Positions 1 to 9,133 of a DNA stretch of 41,272 bases are shown in pieces. Below the pieces are notes generated by a model that did not search any database, was not told the origin of the DNA, and saw nothing but the letters and a program-made list of their open reading frames with translations. The translations under genes were made by a program, and so were the position numbers. Origin of the DNA: Chthoniobacteraceae bacterium (lineage in GTDB: Bacteria; Verrucomicrobiota; Verrucomicrobiia; Chthoniobacterales; Chthoniobacteraceae); the NCBI GenBank assembly GCA_037190965.1, contig JBBCKI010000065.1, positions 1 through 41,272 on the forward strand, read 5' to 3'. The first letter of the stretch is position 1; the number at the start of each line of letters is the position of its first letter.

Positions 1-844
1 CGGCATGCTGGGCGTCGAAGGTGGTGACCGCAGGATTGGCAGCCGCCGCCGATTTCAGGCGCTCCAGGTAGACATTCGACAGTTCCGGGTTGGTGTAGCA
101 AAGCTGGGTATAGTACTGGCTTTTGCCTCTCTTGCCTCCCACCATCGCGAAGAACTCGGGCTTTTCCTTGAATTCATCGGGCTGCACGCCATGGGCGGTG
201 TAGGCATAGAGGGTGCCGAAGCGATCCAGCTTCGCCCGGGCATCCGGCCGGCCGGGTAGATTGGTGCGGTTGCTCGTCAGCAGACGTGCGCCCCAGGCGG
301 GATCGCCCTGAAGACCGCGCATGCGGAACGCCGGAATCTCCAGCAGATCGACATTGTCGGCCGAGAGATTCGGGTTCTTCGAGTAGATCGTGCCGATCCC
401 TTCTTCTCCCTGCATGGGCCGTACGAAGACGATATCGCTGTTTCGGTCCAGGAATCGATAGACGCCATTGAGGACGCCCTTGGGCTCGGCGGCGAAGATG
501 TAGATGTTGCTGCCCTGTCTGCGGATGGCAAAGCCATCGTTCCCCTTGAGCTTGGCGAGATCGGCGGCGTAGCTCTTTTCCACGACGGAGCGGATGGTCG
601 GCGAAGTCTCTGGGGTGCCCAGGTGGATCTTTAACGGCTGCTGTCCGGCCTGCGCGAGGATCGGCAATTCCGCCCCGGAGATGCGCCCGGCCCACGTCTG
701 CAATTCCTCGGCAGCGTATTTTACGGGAGCGGCATCTCCCTCGAAAATAATCTCCGCCCGAGGCGCCCCGTCACGGGCAATCGGCTCGGCCAATACCAAG
801 GGGCTGACCGAAAATAGCGCACCAAAAAAGAGACGTTCGAACAT
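1..844 (-). CDS. Secreted putative carbohydrate-active protein (DUF4838-like), truncated at the window edge
   Basis: Missing from the ORF track because it has no stop in the window. Manual translation from ATG 844: MFERLFFGALFSVSPLVLA (signal-like), YAAEELQTWAGRISGAELP, NDGFAIRRQG, GVLNGVYRFL, KPEFFAMVGGKR, QLCYTNPEL. The frame stays open to position 1. Confidence 0.65.
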   Translation of the reverse strand, partial: MFERLFFGALFSVSPLVLAEPIARDGAPRAEIIFEGDAAPVKYAAEELQTWAGRISGAELPILAQAGQQPLKIHLGTPETSPTIRSVVEKSYAADLAKLKGNDGFAIRRQGSNIYIFAAEPKGVLNGVYRFLDRNSDIVFVRPMQGEEGIGTIYSKNPNLSADNVDLLEIPAFRMRGLQGDPAWGARLLTSNRTNLPGRPDARAKLDRFGTLYAYTAHGVQPDEFKEKPEFFAMVGGKRGKSQYYTQLCYTNPELSNVYLERLKSAAAANPAVTTFDAQHA

Positions 845-926
845 TGGGCGTCTATAGCCGCAACGCCCCGGCAACACCAAACAATATGCGCTACGCCGCC
901 CCCTAATTTGCGAGGGGAATGCCCGC

Positions 927-1280
927 TTATTTGTTCGAGAATCCTTGGTGTCCGGCAGGGGCGGAACTGGAAGACGACGAACGATAGCCCTCAACGAGCT
1001 TTATTCCCGCATAGAGAAAAGCAGCCGGTTTCAGAAGCAACAGGAACAGCCCCATCAATGCCGTCGCAAGAATCCGTAAGGGGAGCTGAGCCAGCACGAT
1101 GCCGAGCCCAAACGCGCTCAGGGCGGATTGTTTCGGGTTTTCACGGATGAATTCAGCGCTCTTGCGGAGCCTTTTTTTGGCCTCCTCGCCCACCTCTTTC
1201 ATCTGGCCCTTTGTTTTTTCGACCGCTTCTTCGGCCTTGGAGGCCGCCTTGTTCGCCACGTTGCTCGCTGTCGTCTCCAT
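927..1280 (-). CDS. Small membrane-anchored protein, YqjD/ElaB (DUF883)-like
   Basis: C-terminal part of ORF 927..2252 from ATG 1280. Ala/Lys/Glu-rich helix, then EFIRENPKQSALSAFGLGIVL and a hydrophobic tail. Confidence 0.65.
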   Translation of the reverse strand: METTASNVANKAASKAEEAVEKTKGQMKEVGEEAKKRLRKSAEFIRENPKQSALSAFGLGIVLAQLPLRILATALMGLFLLLLKPAAFLYAGIKLVEGYRSSSSSSAPAGHQGFSNK

Positions 1281-1358
1281 ACCGTTAAATCGAAATGCGC
1301 CGCCGTGGTGAGCGGTTTCGAGTGGAGATTCTCCCGCAGTGTGACTTATCGTGGCCTC

Positions 1359-2267
1359 GTGAAACTTCTCCTCGTCGACGGCCACTACTACGTTTACCGC
1401 TCCTTTTTCGCCATCCGGGAGCTGTCGAACTCGCGCGGAGAACCGACCAACGCCATCTACGGTTTCATCAAAGTGCTCCGGAAAATGCTCCGCGATGTGA
1501 AGCCCGACCTCGCCGCCGTTCTTTGGGACGAGGGGCTGCCCCAGCGGCGCGTCGAACTGCAACCCGACTACAAGCAGCACCGCTCCGAAATGCCGGAGCT
1601 GATGCGCCCCCAGTTGAACCATATCCGCAGGCTCGTCCCGCTGCTTGGCCTTCAGAGCCTGGGCGTGCCGAACACCGAGGCGGACGATCTGATGGCCTCC
1701 TACGCCTGCGCCGCCGTGAGGCGAGGGGACGAGGTTGTCCTCGCCACCAACGACAAGGACCTTTTCCAACTCGTGGAGGACGGCGTGAAGATTTATACCA
1801 CCAACAAGGCTGATCTGGCGACCCCCAAGGACGGTTTTGCCCTCCTTGGCAAGGATCACGTGAAGGCCAAATGGGGGGTCGAGCCGGGGCAGATCGGCGA
1901 CATTCTCTGCCTTGTCGGCGATACCGCCGATAACATCCCGGGCGTTCCGGGCATGGGCCCAAAACGCGCCGTCGCCCTGATCAACGAATTTCACAGCATC
2001 GACGCCGTGCTGGCGCGGACGAACGAGATCAAGAACGAGGGGATTCGGGAAAAAATTGCCGGAGCGCGGGAGCAGATCCTGAGCAACCAGCAAATGGTCG
2101 CGCTTGACACCCATCTTCCGCTTCCCGAGCCGCTGGAGGCGTTGACCATCCGGCCCCGCTACAAGGAACTGGTGGAGGAACTCGAACTGTGCGAATTCAA
2201 ATCGCTCACCCAGGAGATCCGCGACGAAGCTGCCCGGGGGGGCTCTTCTCAAGGGGAGTTGTTCTGA
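1359..2267 (+). CDS. Stand-alone 5'-3' exonuclease / flap endonuclease (Pol I N-terminal domain homolog)
   Basis: GTG start 1359. Motifs LLLVDG, PTNAIYGF, WDEG, PDYKQHR, EADD, TNDKDLFQ and the H3TH motif GDTADNIPGVPGMGPKRA. No polymerase domain follows. Confidence 0.92.
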   Translation: MKLLLVDGHYYVYRSFFAIRELSNSRGEPTNAIYGFIKVLRKMLRDVKPDLAAVLWDEGLPQRRVELQPDYKQHRSEMPELMRPQLNHIRRLVPLLGLQSLGVPNTEADDLMASYACAAVRRGDEVVLATNDKDLFQLVEDGVKIYTTNKADLATPKDGFALLGKDHVKAKWGVEPGQIGDILCLVGDTADNIPGVPGMGPKRAVALINEFHSIDAVLARTNEIKNEGIREKIAGAREQILSNQQMVALDTHLPLPEPLEALTIRPRYKELVEELELCEFKSLTQEIRDEAARGGSSQGELF

Positions 2268-2282
2268 GCTTTCGCTGACCGG

Positions 2283-3665
2283 ATGAGCTTCCCTCTATTT
2301 CCTGATCTTTCTTCGCTGGACGCAAAGGGCTTCTCTGCCCGGGCTGTAACAGCGCTCCCGTTGCGCGAAGACCTCGTTTTGCAGATTTTGTGCTCGCTTC
2401 GGTTCATTCTCGACCGGCAACACAGTTCATCGTCATTTCTTGACACCAAGGTGAATCTGGCGACCGGGGAAGATTTCCCCGCAAGCGACCCTGTGCGGGG
2501 TCCCAATACCATTTACTCCTGGATTCAGGGACGCGGCCTGGAAGCGTTAACAGAACACGCACGCTGGCTGGAGCATGAGCCCTCGGTCGGCGATGAACTG
2601 CGGGCAGAGTTTCTGGAGAAGATTCGGGCCGTAATTCCGTACGTCGTTGCCAGCATGGAAGCCGCGCGCGCGAGGAACGGCGGGCGGTTGCCCTTTATGA
2701 TGAGCAGGGAAGGGGCTCCTCTCGAAGTCAATGAAAAGGGGGACGTCGAGCCATCGCCAATGACGCATTCCCATCATTCCATCGCCGATCTCTTTTACGC
2801 CCGGGGGTTGGCGGCGGCGGCGGCTTTCCTTGGAGATAAGGCATTGGTTTGCCAGGCGGAACAACTATTGGCCTCTGTTGTGGCCGACATCCGTGCGGGA
2901 ACTTTTTGCCTTGGGCAGGTTGCGCTGGACCCCGGAAATCCCGTGCAGAATGTTGCTGGGCGCTTTACCCATGCGGGTCGGATGATCGGGATTGGTGCGG
3001 CGACCCTGTTTTACCGTTGTACCGGGGATTCCCGCTATGATGCATTGGGGCACGAGTTCATCGGGCATATTCTCGACCGGCACACGCAGGCCGGGGAAGG
3101 GCGCTTCGAGCCGGGAGAGTTTTGGGAGTTTATAGACGCCGAGGGGCAACCGTATGAGCGCGACGGGAAGGTCTGGTCCGATCCGGGACATGCTACGGAG
3201 TTTGCGGGGCTCGCTTTCATGCACCGGCGAGCGACTGGTGCTGTTGAGGATGAGGCCGTCGCGGTACGGTTGCGTGAAGTATTGAGGAGGAATTTTGCCA
3301 ATGGCTTTACGGGCCTTGGGATCGTCAAAGCGTTCGACCTTAATTCCCGGCGGGCGCTCAATACTGACATGCCGTGGTGGTCGTTGCCGGAGACGATGAG
3401 AGCGGCTGCACTGGGAGCGTCGGAAGCCCTGACGCGGGGCGAAGGCGAATGCGCGGAACTGGAGTCGATTTTCGGGCATTGCTGGAATGCCTTTTCGTCA
3501 CATTATGTGCGGCGGGATCGCGGCCTGATGGCTGTGCAGTGCCTCGATAAGCGTGGCGCTTTGGCAACCGCGATTCCCGCGACCCCCGATGCCGACCCTG
3601 GCTATCACACGGGCTTGAGTCTTATTGGCTGTCTGCCATGGAGCGGGCTCGACAAGAGCAGATAG
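2283..3665 (+). CDS. AGE-superfamily (N-acylglucosamine 2-epimerase-like) sugar epimerase/isomerase
   Basis: Motifs YSWIQGR, DPGHATEF, WWSLPETMRAA and DPGYHTG match the (alpha/alpha)6 AGE/cellobiose epimerase pattern. Confidence 0.7.
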   Translation: MSFPLFPDLSSLDAKGFSARAVTALPLREDLVLQILCSLRFILDRQHSSSSFLDTKVNLATGEDFPASDPVRGPNTIYSWIQGRGLEALTEHARWLEHEPSVGDELRAEFLEKIRAVIPYVVASMEAARARNGGRLPFMMSREGAPLEVNEKGDVEPSPMTHSHHSIADLFYARGLAAAAAFLGDKALVCQAEQLLASVVADIRAGTFCLGQVALDPGNPVQNVAGRFTHAGRMIGIGAATLFYRCTGDSRYDALGHEFIGHILDRHTQAGEGRFEPGEFWEFIDAEGQPYERDGKVWSDPGHATEFAGLAFMHRRATGAVEDEAVAVRLREVLRRNFANGFTGLGIVKAFDLNSRRALNTDMPWWSLPETMRAAALGASEALTRGEGECAELESIFGHCWNAFSSHYVRRDRGLMAVQCLDKRGALATAIPATPDADPGYHTGLSLIGCLPWSGLDKSR

Positions 3666-3723
3666 TCTAAAACCCGAAAAAAGGGCTTGCCCCATGGCTA
3701 CTCTCGTTCATCGTGGCCGCTCC

Positions 3724-4143
3724 ATGTCGAATCAAGTTCCAACCCTACAGGCCTCCGTCATTTGCGAAGATGTGCGGCAGGAAGTCAACGGGATGCAGTC
3801 GCTGGTCGGAGTACTTAGTGTGATTCCGGCGGCGAGCGCTCCCATCGGAGTTCTCAAACTTTGCGTCTGGTCTCGTTGGACCAACGGTCTCGGCAAGTTC
3901 AAGCAGACGGCTCGTATCCTCGCCCCGGACGGCAAAACCGTGGTGGTGGAAGCGGCGGTTGATTTTGAATTGCAGAACACCAACGCCCAGGCCACCAATG
4001 TGCATTTCTTCGCCGGAGTCCAGTTCAAGGAATTCGGTCTTTATCACGTCGAGGTCTCGCTCGATGGCAAAGTCGCCATTCGTTACCCGGTCGCGATTGT
4101 GAAGGTCAATCAGCCCAACCAGCAGGCTGCCGCGGCAAAGTAA
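3724..4143 (+). CDS. Conserved hypothetical beta-rich protein (DUF6941-like)
   Basis: ATG 3724; ICEDVRQEVNGMQSLVGV...FKEFGLYHVEVSLDG; followed by a terminator. Confidence 0.6.
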   Translation: MSNQVPTLQASVICEDVRQEVNGMQSLVGVLSVIPAASAPIGVLKLCVWSRWTNGLGKFKQTARILAPDGKTVVVEAAVDFELQNTNAQATNVHFFAGVQFKEFGLYHVEVSLDGKVAIRYPVAIVKVNQPNQQAAAAK

Positions 4144-4155
4144 GTTGTTTTTTGT

Positions 4156-4195
4156 AAGAGAACCCCCGGCTCCGGCTGGGGGTTCTCTTTTTTTT
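4156..4195 (+). terminator. Rho-independent terminator
   Basis: AAGAGAACCCCCGGC-TCCG-GCTGGGGGTTCTCTT followed by a T run. Confidence 0.85.
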
Positions 4196-4346
4196 GGCTG
4201 GTGGCTTTTCCCTCGCCCGGCCTCAGGGGGTACCTGAACGCGCCTGTTGACGGGTGGGAAAAAACCGCCATAAGTGAAGGGAGCGGTTTTTTCCGGGTGC
4301 CTGTCTGATCCGGGAAGCCTCCGCTTACCCTTTGACACATACCCAC

Positions 4347-5390
4347 ATGAAAAAGAGTCTGCTTTTTTGGCTCACTCCGCTGCTTGCGGCAGGAGCGCTG
4401 GCGCAAGAGCCTCTCCAGGTTCTGGAAGCCCCCGTTGATTCCGGTCAGGTCGCCCGGAGCGAACCGGCGGGCCAGCGCGAGATCACCGCGCGGATCCAGA
4501 TCTTTCTCGATCAGCAGCACTTCGGCCCCGGCAAAATCGACGGACGTCCCGGGGAGTTCACCGCCAAGGCGCTGGCCCGTTACCAGAAGGCGAAAGGCCT
4601 TCCCGTCACCGGGAACCTGGAAGATGCCGCTCAACTCCCGGTCTCCTCAATCTATCCGATCTATACGTTCTACACGATCACCGCCGAGGACGTGCAGCGG
4701 ATCGGGAACGTTCCCCGCAAGCCCGAGGAGCAGGCCAAGCTCAAGAAGATGCCGTATCCCTCCTTGCTGAAGTTCCTGGAGGAGCGCTTCCATAGCGACC
4801 CCGATTTTCTTCGCGCCCTCAATCCGGGGCTCGATCTTGAGAATCTGATTGCGGGTGACGAGGTCCGCGTCCCGAACATCACCCCCTTCAAGATTGAAGA
4901 GGTGCGCGCCGTCGGGAAGGTGCCGGTAGTCCCGGATTTCAAGCGCCGCCAGATCCAGATCGACACCAAGGAGCGCATTCTGGAGCTTTACGAGGGCGAT
5001 ACCCTGGTCGCCTCCTTCCCGATCACCCCCGGCTCAAGCCGCCTTCCAGCCCCTGCGGGCACCTGGCGGATTCTTGGCATCGCGACGCTGCCGTGGTTCC
5101 GTCACGATGAAGGGGTGCTCAACCATGGGGTGCGAACCTCCAATTTCCATAACATCCCCGCCGGGCCGAGCAACCCCGTTGGGGTCGTCTGGATCGGCCT
5201 GAACAAACCGGGAATCGGCATCCATGGCACCAACAACCCGCAGACCATCGGGCGTGCCGCAAGCCACGGCTGCATCCGCCTTGCCAACTGGGACGCCATC
5301 CGGCTCGTCGGGATGATCACCGAAGGGATGACCGTCGTTATCGATGGCGGAATTCCCCAGACCCCAGCGGTCGCAGACGCAGGTCGATAA
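4347..5390 (+). CDS. L,D-transpeptidase (YkuD family) with signal peptide and peptidoglycan-binding-like domain
   Basis: Signal peptide MKKSLLFWLTPLLAAGALA; IQIFLDQQHFGPGKIDG; catalytic GIHGT...SHGCIRL. Confidence 0.9.
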   Translation: MKKSLLFWLTPLLAAGALAQEPLQVLEAPVDSGQVARSEPAGQREITARIQIFLDQQHFGPGKIDGRPGEFTAKALARYQKAKGLPVTGNLEDAAQLPVSSIYPIYTFYTITAEDVQRIGNVPRKPEEQAKLKKMPYPSLLKFLEERFHSDPDFLRALNPGLDLENLIAGDEVRVPNITPFKIEEVRAVGKVPVVPDFKRRQIQIDTKERILELYEGDTLVASFPITPGSSRLPAPAGTWRILGIATLPWFRHDEGVLNHGVRTSNFHNIPAGPSNPVGVVWIGLNKPGIGIHGTNNPQTIGRAASHGCIRLANWDAIRLVGMITEGMTVVIDGGIPQTPAVADAGR

Positions 5391-5424
5391 TTTGCACTTT
5401 TTAACCCGTTCTTGAAACGAGCCG

Positions 5425-5453
5425 TTGACAGGTCGCCCCGGCACGGCTAACAA
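5425..5453 (+). promoter_or_regulatory. Putative sigma70 promoter of rplI-dnaB
   Basis: TTGACA-17 bp-TAACAA; perfect -35, weak -10. Confidence 0.45.
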
Positions 5454-5486
5454 GAACGCCCCGCAATTTCTGGCCGGGAGAGAACT

Positions 5487-6023
5487 ATGCCAACCACCGA
5501 AGTTATCCTCACTGAAAAGATCGCCTCCTTGGGCGCTGAAGCGGACGTCGTCAAAGTCAAACGTGGCTACGCCCGTAACTTCCTCGTACCCTCGGGGAAA
5601 GCCCTCGAAGTGACGCCGGCCACGCTGCGGCGCCTCAACCAGCTCAAGGCGAAACGCGCCGAGCGCGAAGCTCGCGAACTCAACGAAGCCGAGGAGCTCG
5701 GCCGTCGCGTCAACAAGCTCAAGCTGACCTTCACGCTCGAAACCGGCGAAACCGGCAAGGCGTTCGGTTCGGTGACGGCCAAAGACATCGCCGACAGGCT
5801 CAAAGAAGAGCTGGGCGTCGAGATCGATCGTCATCGCATTGAACTGGAGCGCCCTCTCAAGGAAACCGGCGCTCACGAAGTGACCGTCCGCCTCCACTCC
5901 GAAGTTTCGGCCAAGCTCAACCTCACGGTCAAGTCGACTGTCGAAGAGGCTGCTCCGGCTTCCGAAGAGGAAGAATCCGCTGGCGGATTCAAAGCCAAGC
6001 CCAAGGCCAAGCACTCGAAGTAG
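5487..6023 (+). CDS. rplI: 50S ribosomal protein L9
   Basis: EVILTEKIASLGAEADVVKVKRGYARNFLVP; GKAFGSVT. Confidence 0.97.
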   Translation: MPTTEVILTEKIASLGAEADVVKVKRGYARNFLVPSGKALEVTPATLRRLNQLKAKRAEREARELNEAEELGRRVNKLKLTFTLETGETGKAFGSVTAKDIADRLKEELGVEIDRHRIELERPLKETGAHEVTVRLHSEVSAKLNLTVKSTVEEAAPASEEEESAGGFKAKPKAKHSK

Positions 6024-6029
6024 GGTCTC

Positions 6030-7496
6030 ATGCCCGAAGAGGCCGCCCAGCAGGTCGCAGACGCAAAGGGTCCGGGGAAAGCATCCGGATCCGGCAGGGA
6101 TCGGTCGAACTTTCGGGATAAGGGGAATTATTCCCCGGATCTTCACAGACTTCTTCCACAGAGCCAGGACGCCGAACTCGGCGTCCTAGGCTCTGTTTTG
6201 CTGTGTCCGAAGGACGTCATGGGGGAGTGCATCGAAAAGAAGATCACCCCCGAGCATTTCTACGTCCCCGCGCACTCGACGCTCTTCGAGATCCTGCGGG
6301 AGCTTTACGACGCCGGAAAACCGATCGATTTCATTCTGCTCACGCAGATCCTTCGCGACCGGCAATTGCTCGACAAGGTGGGCGGCCCCGCGTTCGTCAC
6401 CAGCCTTTTCACGTTCGTTCCGACCGCCGCGAACGCCGCGTTCTACATCGATATCCTCAAGGAGAAGCACACGCTCCGACAGGTCATCGTGACCTGCAAC
6501 GAGTTCGCCCAGCGTTCCTACGAGGAGCAGGAGAACATCGACACCTTCCTCGATCAGGTCGAGACCAAGGTTTTCGCCATCGCCCAGAGCCGCCTGGGGG
6601 ATCGCTCCTTCCGCATCAAGGACTCCGTTATGGACGCCCTCGAGTCGATCGAGAAACTTTACGAGCGGCGAGGGGAGATCACCGGCCTGCCGACAGGGTT
6701 TACCGATTTCGACCAGATGACCAACGGGCTCCACCCGGCGGAAATGATCATCGTCGCCGCGCGCCCCTCCATGGGCAAAACGGCGTTCGCCATGAACATC
6801 GCCGAAAACGTGGCGCTCGATTCGAAAAAGCCGGTCTTGATTTTTTCGCTGGAAATGAGCAGCCAGCAGCTCGTTCAGCGTCTCCTCTGCTCCCGCGCCA
6901 AGGTGAACCTCGCCAAGGTCCGCGACGGCTTTCTGGCGGATCGCGACTTTCACAACCTCACCGTGGCCGCCTCGAAGCTCGCCGAGAGCAAGATCTTCAT
7001 CGATGACACGGCGGGGCTGAGCATTCTGGAGCTTCGTGCGAAAGCACGACGCCTCAAGGCGCAGCAGGATATTCAGCTCATCGTCATCGACTACCTCCAG
7101 CTCCTCAAATCGCCCTCCAAACGCGGTCAGGAGAACCGGCAGCTCGAAATTTCGGAAATCTCCAGCGGCCTCAAGGCGCTCGCCAAGGAGCTTTCCATCC
7201 CGATTATCGTCCTTGCCCAGCTCAACCGTAACCCGGAAGCCCGTGCCGGGGGCAAACCGCGTTTGAGCGATCTTCGTGAATCGGGCTCCATCGAACAGGA
7301 CGCCGACCTCGTCGGTCTTCTCGTGCGGTCCGAGTATTACGCGGAGGATGAAGAGCAGCGGGAAGAGACGCGGGGTGAAGCCGAACTCATCATCGCCAAG
7401 CAGCGTAACGGCCCCGTGGGCGAAGTGCCGCTGACCTTCCTCAAAGAGTTCACCCGCTTCGAAGACCGCGCCCGCACCCCGGCGGCGGAGGGGTAG
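6030..7496 (+). CDS. dnaB: Replicative DNA helicase
   Basis: Walker A ARPSMGKT, FSLEMS, VIDYLQL, LSDLRESGSIEQDAD, KQRNGP. No intein. Confidence 0.98.
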   Translation: MPEEAAQQVADAKGPGKASGSGRDRSNFRDKGNYSPDLHRLLPQSQDAELGVLGSVLLCPKDVMGECIEKKITPEHFYVPAHSTLFEILRELYDAGKPIDFILLTQILRDRQLLDKVGGPAFVTSLFTFVPTAANAAFYIDILKEKHTLRQVIVTCNEFAQRSYEEQENIDTFLDQVETKVFAIAQSRLGDRSFRIKDSVMDALESIEKLYERRGEITGLPTGFTDFDQMTNGLHPAEMIIVAARPSMGKTAFAMNIAENVALDSKKPVLIFSLEMSSQQLVQRLLCSRAKVNLAKVRDGFLADRDFHNLTVAASKLAESKIFIDDTAGLSILELRAKARRLKAQQDIQLIVIDYLQLLKSPSKRGQENRQLEISEISSGLKALAKELSIPIIVLAQLNRNPEARAGGKPRLSDLRESGSIEQDADLVGLLVRSEYYAEDEEQREETRGEAELIIAKQRNGPVGEVPLTFLKEFTRFEDRARTPAAEG

Positions 7497-7533
7497 ACCC
7501 GGTGGCTCCCCGTGAGCCGAAACTTTCCCGAAC

Positions 7534-7785
7534 ATGGCCGATCCGCTCAAACTCTACGTCAAAAAATGGTGTCCCTGGTGCATCCGGGCCAAGGAAGTGC
7601 TCGATTCCCGTGGCTACCAGTATGAGGAGATCGACGTGGAAGCCAGCCGCGAGGCCTATGACGAGATGATCCGGCTCTCAGGCCAGCGGCTTACCCCGAC
7701 CCTGACGGTGGGGGATAAATTGCTGCCCGACTTCGGCCCCGAAGACTTGAAGGCCTTCCTCGCGGAGCACCAGATCGTCCCCTGA
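7534..7785 (+). CDS. Glutaredoxin family protein
   Basis: CPWC active site, SGQRLTPTL, 83 aa. Confidence 0.88.
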   Translation: MADPLKLYVKKWCPWCIRAKEVLDSRGYQYEEIDVEASREAYDEMIRLSGQRLTPTLTVGDKLLPDFGPEDLKAFLAEHQIVP

Positions 7786-7883
7786 TTTCCGCGCTGCTTC
7801 GGGAGCCTCCCACCAAACTTCTGCTGGCAATTTTTGCCATTTGATTTTTCACTGCTCTACCGGAAAATCCCCCCGTCTTCATC

Positions 7884-8702
7884 ATGTCCAATCCCCTTCT
7901 TCTTGTCCTTGGGGTCGCATTGCTCAGCATGGCGCTGCGGAGTTTTTCGCACCCGCTTCTGCACAAGCTCGGTTCATTTTGCGTTCTCGTAACGTCGTTT
8001 CTGATTGGCTATTTCCTAACCGGTCTCTGGGAGGTTGGACTCCTCTGTGCCAGCACCTGGCTTCTGCTGCCGTGGCTTGAAATTCTTACCCGGGTTCGCC
8101 GTCTCCGCCTACCCACCGACAAGGCGCTCAGGAGCCGCAACCCGCCCTCGCGCGACGCCTTCCCTGCTTTGCGCGAACTGACGACGGAGCTGGAGGAAAT
8201 CGGCTTCGAGCAGGTCGATGACGTCGGTTGGGAATGGGAGGAGCATCAGCAATTCTTTCGCCTTCTCTACAAGGAAGATGAACGCCTCCAGGCCGCCATC
8301 TGCATGATCGACCAGGGCGATATCGGTTTCTATTACCTCAGCTTCGCTTCCCGGGGCAAAGATGGAACCGTCTGGACAAGCTGGAACTATCCATTTTCCC
8401 ATTCCATGAAGCTCGCCCCGACCAACCGGCTCAACCGCGTTCGAGGCGATCTGGCCGCTCCTGATATTCTGGAGAGTCACCGCGCCTTCCTGCGGGAGGC
8501 GGGTGTGGGCAACGAGCAACTGGTCGCCCTTGTTCCCGAGGAGATTCATGGGGAGATCCAGCGCGATCTGGAAGCGCAGATCGCCCACAATATCCGGGTG
8601 GGCCTGCTCCTTCCGGCCTCGGAGGGAAAAGTGCGCTATTCCTGGCGCGGTCTTTTATTCATCTGGGTCCAGTTCCTCAGGGAGTTTGTCCGGCTTTCAT
8701 GA
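7884..8702 (+). CDS. Hypothetical membrane protein
   Basis: 272-aa ORF with about three N-terminal hydrophobic helices and a soluble C-terminal part; no family recognised. Confidence 0.75.
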   Translation: MSNPLLLVLGVALLSMALRSFSHPLLHKLGSFCVLVTSFLIGYFLTGLWEVGLLCASTWLLLPWLEILTRVRRLRLPTDKALRSRNPPSRDAFPALRELTTELEEIGFEQVDDVGWEWEEHQQFFRLLYKEDERLQAAICMIDQGDIGFYYLSFASRGKDGTVWTSWNYPFSHSMKLAPTNRLNRVRGDLAAPDILESHRAFLREAGVGNEQLVALVPEEIHGEIQRDLEAQIAHNIRVGLLLPASEGKVRYSWRGLLFIWVQFLREFVRLS

Positions 8703-8703
8703 G

Positions 8704-8780
8704 GCAGGTACTCCGCTCTCGCCGCGAGCGCCCGGGACGTAACCCCGAGACGCGTTTGGCCTCCTTCTCCGCCGAACGAA
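8704..8780 (+). repeat. Decayed half copy of the REP-doublet repeat
   Basis: GGTACTCCGCTCTCGCCGCGAGCGCCCGGGA...GAGACGCGTTTGGCCTCCTTCTCCGCCGAACG resembles the left REP plus the start of the internal segment of intact copies. Confidence 0.55.
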
Positions 8781-8803
8781 TGAGACCACTGCCAGGCCAG
8801 GAT

Positions 8804-9042
8804 GGGTGCATGACGGCAAAGTTACCGACTTGGAGGACCGGCAAGGGTAGCCCGCTCGCGCCGCGAGCGCGGGATCGGTGAAGGAGTCGCATTTTGCGCT
8901 CATCCCCGCAGGACGGACTGCTGGCATTGGGATGTGGCCCCTCATAAAGCCACGGGAGCCGAACCCCGTGCTCGACGGCGCGAGCGGGCTACCGGTGCTG
9001 CCGCACCGCTTTTTCTTTTCGTGACTTTCTCGTTAGGCATCC
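8804..9042 (+). mobile_element. MITE-like element, copy A, containing a GTAG REP doublet (8846-8993)
   Basis: Outer ends GGGTGCATGACGGCAAAGTTAC and GTGACTTTCTCGTTAGGCATCC are inverted (16/22 match). Flanks GGCCAGGAT (8795-8803) and AACCAGGAT (9043-9051). Inner GGTAGCCCGCTCGCGCCGCGAGCGCGGG...CCCGTGCTCGACGGCGCGAGCGGGCTACC. Confidence 0.8.
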
Positions 9043-9095
9043 AACCAGGATTCCGGCCAGAAAAAAGATTGATTCTCCATCACTCTTTTCGGACC

Positions 9096-9113
9096 ATACC
9101 AACCGGTTTGTAT
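9096..9113. promoter_or_regulatory. Palindromic operator, probably for the downstream TetR regulator
   Basis: ATACCAACCGGTTTGTAT (8 of 9 pairs palindromic), 20 bp upstream of the SRPBCC-TetR operon. Confidence 0.65.
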
Positions 9114-9133
9114 TTCACCCGTCCATCAATCGT

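Noticed and set aside
1281..2252. N-terminal 320 aa of the 441-aa minus-strand ORF 927..2252
   Set aside because: Antisense to the 5'-3' exonuclease; only the part from ATG 1280 looks like a real protein.
6030..7496. Intein in dnaB
   Set aside because: Normal length (488 aa) with contiguous helicase motifs.
6186..7550. Long antisense ORFs over dnaB (likewise 5034..6146, 13461..14831, 33954..35171, 37943..38821, 39041..40504)
   Set aside because: Each lies opposite a clearly conserved gene and has no family motifs.
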